Part shown: piece by piece, positions 62,898 to 63,804 of the stretch
Numbering within the stretch: position 1 is the first letter of the stretch
How the letters are laid out: every line of letters begins with the position of its first letter
NCBI GenBank assembly: GCA_029940035.1
Contig: JAOZRT010000002.1
Location: 1 to 63,804 of the forward strand
Length of the DNA: 63,804 nucleotides
Direction: 5' to 3'
Origin: Desulfobacterales bacterium
GTDB taxonomy: Bacteria > Desulfobacterota > Desulfobacteria > Desulfobacterales > B30-G6
Program-made: the position numbers and the translations under genes
Notes under the pieces: model-generated
What the model was told of the DNA's origin: nothing
The model's input: the letters and a program-made list of their open reading frames with translations, nothing else
Databases searched by the model: none

Positions 62898-63701
62898 ATG
62901 AAAAAGATTCTAACAACAACCGTCGGCTTTGCCGTTTTATTGCTCATTTTTTTTACAACCGCCAATGCGGGTCCTGTCATGGACCGCATCGCCGCCAACG
63001 GCAAGATCGTTGTCGGCACCACCGGTTCCCAGCCGCCCCTCAATGCCACGTCAAAAACCGGCGAAATCATCGGTCTGGATGCGGACATCGCCAAATTGAT
63101 TGCCGGAAACATGGGGGTGGCCATTGAATTCAAAACCATGCCCTTTGCCGAACTGCTGCCCGCCCTCACCGCCGGCAAGGTCGACCTGGTGATATCCAGC
63201 ATGACGATCACCCCCGAGCGCAATATGCAGGTGGCCTTTATCGGTCCCTACTTTATTTCGGGAAAAGGCATTCTGACAAAGACAAAACATTTAGATGCCC
63301 TGCAGGCGGCAGCCGGCCTGAATCAGGCCCAGTTCAAAGTGACCGCTTTGAAAAACTCAACCAGTCAGCGTTTTGTAGAAAAAGAAGCGCCCAAGGCCCA
63401 ATTTTTCCCGGCGGATTCCTATGACCAGGCCATTGAAATGCTTTTCGGCGACAAGGTTGATGTGCTGATTGCCGATTCCCCGTTCTGCGCCCTGACCGCT
63501 TTCAGGTTTCCGGGCAAGGGTCTCACTGCCGGTCAGGACAAGCTCACCTTCGAACCCCTGGGGATCGCAATCACGGAAGATGCCCTTTTAATCAACTGGA
63601 TGCAGAACTTTATGCTGATGCTCAAGGGCAGCGGTGAACTCAAACGCCTGACCGAAAAGTGGCTCAAGGATGGTTCCTGGGTTTCTCAACTGCCCGAATA
63701 A
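62898..63701 (+). CDS. ABC transporter substrate-binding protein (family 3, polar amino acids)
   Basis: It has a signal peptide (MKKILTTTVGFAVLLLIFFTTANA). SBP_bac_3 blocks follow (GKIVVGT....PP......G...G.D.DIA..IA, GKVDLVIS.MTIT.ER, D....D). Confidence 0.85.
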   Translation: MKKILTTTVGFAVLLLIFFTTANAGPVMDRIAANGKIVVGTTGSQPPLNATSKTGEIIGLDADIAKLIAGNMGVAIEFKTMPFAELLPALTAGKVDLVISSMTITPERNMQVAFIGPYFISGKGILTKTKHLDALQAAAGLNQAQFKVTALKNSTSQRFVEKEAPKAQFFPADSYDQAIEMLFGDKVDVLIADSPFCALTAFRFPGKGLTAGQDKLTFEPLGIAITEDALLINWMQNFMLMLKGSGELKRLTEKWLKDGSWVSQLPE

Positions 63702-63720
63702 AATCGTGTTCCACGATTTT
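63700..63720 (+). terminator. intrinsic terminator (9-bp stem, 3-nt loop, T-tail)
   Basis: The sequence aaaatcgtg-ttc-cacgatttt lies immediately after, and partly overlapping, the TAA stop of the binding-protein gene. Confidence 0.65.
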
Positions 63721-63757
63721 ATGAAACGCGACTACGTCGCTACAAAAAATAAAAAAA

Positions 63758-63790
63758 GAAAGGTAGCATCGCCCGGTGATGCTACCTTTC
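63758..63790 (-). terminator. intrinsic terminator for a downstream minus-strand gene outside the window
   Basis: The 13-bp perfect stem is gaaaggtagcatc / gatgctacctttc with a 7-nt loop. An A-run precedes it on the plus strand, which is a T-tail on the minus strand. Confidence 0.6.
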
Positions 63791-63804
63791 TGTTGTGCGG
63801 CAAT

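Overview
This window looks like a chromosomal segment of a sulfate-reducing Desulfobacterota (Desulfobacterales-like) genome. That taxonomic call rests on gene content only: dsrABD-dsrN, a tetraheme cytochrome c3, and anaerobic glpAB. About 51 kb is ordinary, densely packed core genome. It carries an RND efflux pair, hsp20-lon, rlpA-gmhB-recD2, nadB, dnaJ-queD, pyrE, tolC-ftsEX-envC-ctp-yibQ, prmA, a molybdenum-cofactor cluster, mltA, tatA/B-tatC, the dsr locus, dapA and glpAB. Between glpB (ends 51570) and an amino-acid-binding protein gene (starts 62898) lies an accessory island of about 11.3 kb. Nearly every recognisable defence or mobile gene in it is broken. These include a RhuM fragment with in-frame stops and a type I-E cas3 cut off after helicase motif I and fused directly to a single I-E CRISPR repeat. 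They also include a split Cys-rich ORF and two SNF2-helicase remnants. Only two units in the island are intact: a DUF4143-type AAA ATPase and a tightly coupled five-gene operon (55706-61316). The operon encodes an 828-aa TPR-like scaffold, a small J-like protein whose HPD motif reads SPE, a GrpE-like protein, a 576-aa Hsp70 paralog ending in ...YLED, and a zinc-ribbon protein. I consider this non-housekeeping Hsp70 machine the best candidate for an undescribed system. All calls come from reading the sequence and ORF translations. No database search was run, start codons are my best guess, and family names are recognition-level assignments.
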